DNA from: Azolla caroliniana
Lineage: Eukaryota > Plantae > Polypodiophyta
Assembly (NCBI GenBank): GCA_043228905.1
Contig: JBHGNT010000033.1
Location: 248,001-312,000, forward strand
Length of the DNA stretch: 64,000 nucleotides
Reading direction: 5' to 3'
The position numbers and the translations under genes were made by a program. A model generated the notes under the pieces. That model was not told the origin of the DNA. It did no database searches and was given only the letters and a program-made list of their open reading frames with translations. Below are positions 61,651 to 64,000 of this stretch, one piece after another (position 1 is the stretch's first letter; each line of letters opens with the position of its first letter).

Positions 61651-64000
61651 TCAAACATGCGTATCGAAGCTAACAACGCTAGCTATCATATAGAATTAAA
61701 AAATCAAGATTTTGAAACTCAGGTCGAGAGACATGAAGAAATTAGCAAATTTGAGGAGGGACTTGAGAAGAGCGAGTGAGTCAATTAAAATGTTCATACC
61801 TGGCTCGTGTGATATCGGATTTTTGTGTTCAAACATGCGTATCGAAGCTAACAACACTAGCTATGATATAGAATTAAAAAATCGGAATTCTGAAACTCAG
61901 GTCGAGAGACATGAAGAAATTAGCAAATTTGAGGAGGGACTTGAGAAGAGCGCGTGAGTCAATTAAAATGTTCATACCTGGCTCGTGTGATATCGGATTT
62001 TTGTGTTCAAACATGCGTATCGAAGCTAACAACGCTAGCTATGATATAGATTTAAAAAATCCAGAGTCTGAAACTCAGGTCGAGAGACATGAAGAAATTA
62101 GCAAATTTGAGGAGGGACTTGAGAAGAGCGCGTGAGTCAATTAAAATGTTCATACCTGACTCGTGTGATATCGGATTTTCGTGTTCAAACATGCGTATCG
62201 AAGCTAACCACACTAGCTATGATATAGAATTAAAAAATCGAGATTCTGAAACTCAGGTCGAGAGACATGAAGAAATTAGCAAATTTGAGGAGGGACTTGA
62301 GAAGAGCGCGTGAGTCAATTAAAATGTTCATACCTGACTCGTGTGATATCGGATTTTCGTGTTCAAACATGCGTATCGAAGCTAACAACACTAGCTATGA
62401 TATCGAATTAAAAAATCGAGATTCTGAAACTCAGGTCGAGAGACATGAAGAAATTAGAAAATTTGAGGAGGTACTTGAGAAGAGCGTGTGAGTCAATTAA
62501 AATGTTCATACCTGTGTCGTGTGATATCGGATTTTTGTGTTCAAACATGCTTTTAAAGCTAAGAACGCTAGCTATGATATTGAATTAAAAAATCAAGATA
62601 TTGAAACTCAGGTCCAGAGACATGAAGAAATTATCCAATTTGAGGAGGGACTTGAGAAGAGCGCGTGAGTCAATTAAAATGTTCATACCTGGCTCGTGTG
62701 ATATCGGATTTTTGTGTTCAAACATGCGTATCGAAGCTAACAACGCTAGCTATGATATAGATTTAAAAAATCCAGAGTCTGAAACTCAGGTCGAGAGACA
62801 TGAAGAAATTAGCAAATTTGAGGAGGGACTTGAGAAGAGCGCGTGAGTCAATTAAAATGTTCATACCTGACTCGTGTGATATCGGATTTTCGTGTTCAAA
62901 CATGCGTATCGAAGCTAACCACACTAGCTATGATATAGAATTAAAAAATCGAGATTCTGAAACTCAGGTCGAGAGACATGAAGAAATTAGCAAATTTGAG
63001 GAGGGACTTGAGAAGAGCGCGTGAGTCAATTAAAATGTTCATACCTGACTCGTGTGATATCGGATTTTCGTGTTCAAACATGCGTATCGAAGCTAACAAC
63101 ACTAGCTATGATATCGAATTAAAAAATCGAGATTCTGAAACTCAGGTCGAGAGACATGAAGAAATTAGAAAATTTGAGGAGGTACTTGAGAAGAGCGTGT
63201 GAGTCAATTAAAATGTTCATACCTGTGTCGTGTGATATCGGATTTTTGTGTTCAAACATGCGTATCGAAGCTAACAACGCTAGCTATCATATAGAATTAA
63301 AAAATCAAGATTTTGAAACTCAGGTCGAGAGACATGAAGAAATTAGCAAATTTGAGGAGGGACTTGAGAAGAGCGAGTGAGTCAATTAAAATGTTCATAC
63401 CTGACTCGTGTGATATCGGATTTTCGTGTTCAAACATGCGTATCGAAGCTAACAACACTAGCTATGATATCGAATTAAAAAATCGAGATTCTGAAACTCA
63501 GGTCGAGAGACATGAAGAAATTAGAAAATTTGAGGAGGTACTTGAGAAGAGCGTGTGAGTCAATTAAAATGTTCATACCTGTGTCGTGTGATATCGGATT
63601 TTTGTGTTCAAACATGCTTTTAAAGCTAAGAACGCTAGCTATGATATTGAATTAAAAAATCAAGATTTCGAAACTCAGGTCCAGAGACATGAAAAAATTA
63701 TCCAATTTGAGGAGGGACTTGAGAAGAGCGCGTGAGTCAATTAAAATGTTCATACCTGGCTCGTGTGATATCGGATTTTTGTGTTCAAACATGCGTATCG
63801 AAGCTAACAACGCTAGCTATGATATAGATTTAAAAAATCCAGAGTCTGAAACTCAGGTCGAGAGACATGAAGAAATTAGCAAATTTGAGGAGGGACTTGA
63901 GAAGAGCGCGTGAGTCAATTAAAATGTTCATACCTGACTCGTGTGATATCGGATTTTCGTGTTCAAACATGCGTATCGAAGCTAACAACACTAGCTATGA

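Larger units (their letters stand above)
1..64000 (+). repeat. Tandem satellite DNA array, 178-bp monomer, about 360 head-to-tail copies in one orientation
   Basis: Position 1 TGTGTTCAAACATG recurs at 179 and onward at about 178-bp steps to the window end, and ORF-track starts step by 178 (e.g. 9917, 10095, 10273). Monomer: TGTGTTCAAACATGCGTATCGAAGCTAACAACGCTAGCTATGATATAGAATTAAAAAATCGAGATT(T/C)TGAAACTCAGGTCGAGAGACATGAAGAAATTAGCAAATTTGAGGAGG(T/G)ACTTGAGAAGAGC(C/T/G)CGTGAGTCAATTA(T/A)AATGTTCATACCTGGCTCGTGTGATATCGGATTTT. No non-monomer sequence was seen. Confidence 0.99.
29830..64000 (+). repeat. Satellite subfamily B domain (length-uniform; 177, 178 and 186-bp monomers)
   Basis: Mostly GAGGGACTTG, GAGCGCGTGAGTCAATTAAAATG and GATTCTGA. 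Variants include CCTGAC, TTTTCG, AACACTAG and CCTGTGTCG. No 28-bp duplications after about 29.5 kb. Confidence 0.92.

Noticed and set aside
67-63913. Hundreds of 60-136 aa ORFs (MKLRSRDMKKLANLRR...) suggesting a tandem or diversifying peptide gene family
   Set aside because: 178 is not a multiple of 3, so each ORF reads the same DNA in two frames and overlaps its neighbour. Stops and frameshifts are amplified freely, there is no intergenic sequence and I recognise no domain.
1-64000. CRISPR-like or cassette array
   Set aside because: There are no unique spacers: the whole unit repeats. No cas, integrase or reverse transcriptase gene is present.
1-64000. Transposon insertion, telomeric repeat tract, or 5S/tRNA/rDNA unit
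   Set aside because: By eye I found no foreign sequence, terminal repeats, telomere arrays or recognisable structural RNA sequence. A distant origin of the monomer from such elements cannot be excluded without a search.

Overview
The whole 64 kb is one uninterrupted head-to-tail tandem array of a 178-bp satellite monomer. It has about 360 copies, all in the same orientation, about 39% GC, and runs off both window ends. It looks like eukaryotic centromeric, pericentromeric or subtelomeric satellite DNA; I do not recognise the family. I found no genes, RNA genes, transposon insertions, inversions or CRISPR array. Every ORF in the track is a by-product of the repeat. The interesting content is the array's internal architecture. 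An indel-rich subfamily A (about 1-21.8 kb) and a more length-uniform subfamily B (about 29.8-64 kb) interdigitate across a boundary that was itself duplicated as a 4,987-bp block. Nested higher-order repeats (HORs) of 2-28 monomers and long-range copies offset by 10-23 kb can be traced with private variants. Several indel junctions show microhomology or templated-insertion signatures. I do not see support for a novel protein- or RNA-coding system. HOR periods come from offsets between matching ORF-track entries, and where an arithmetic breakdown is given I checked it against monomer and indel lengths. Block end-points are approximate.
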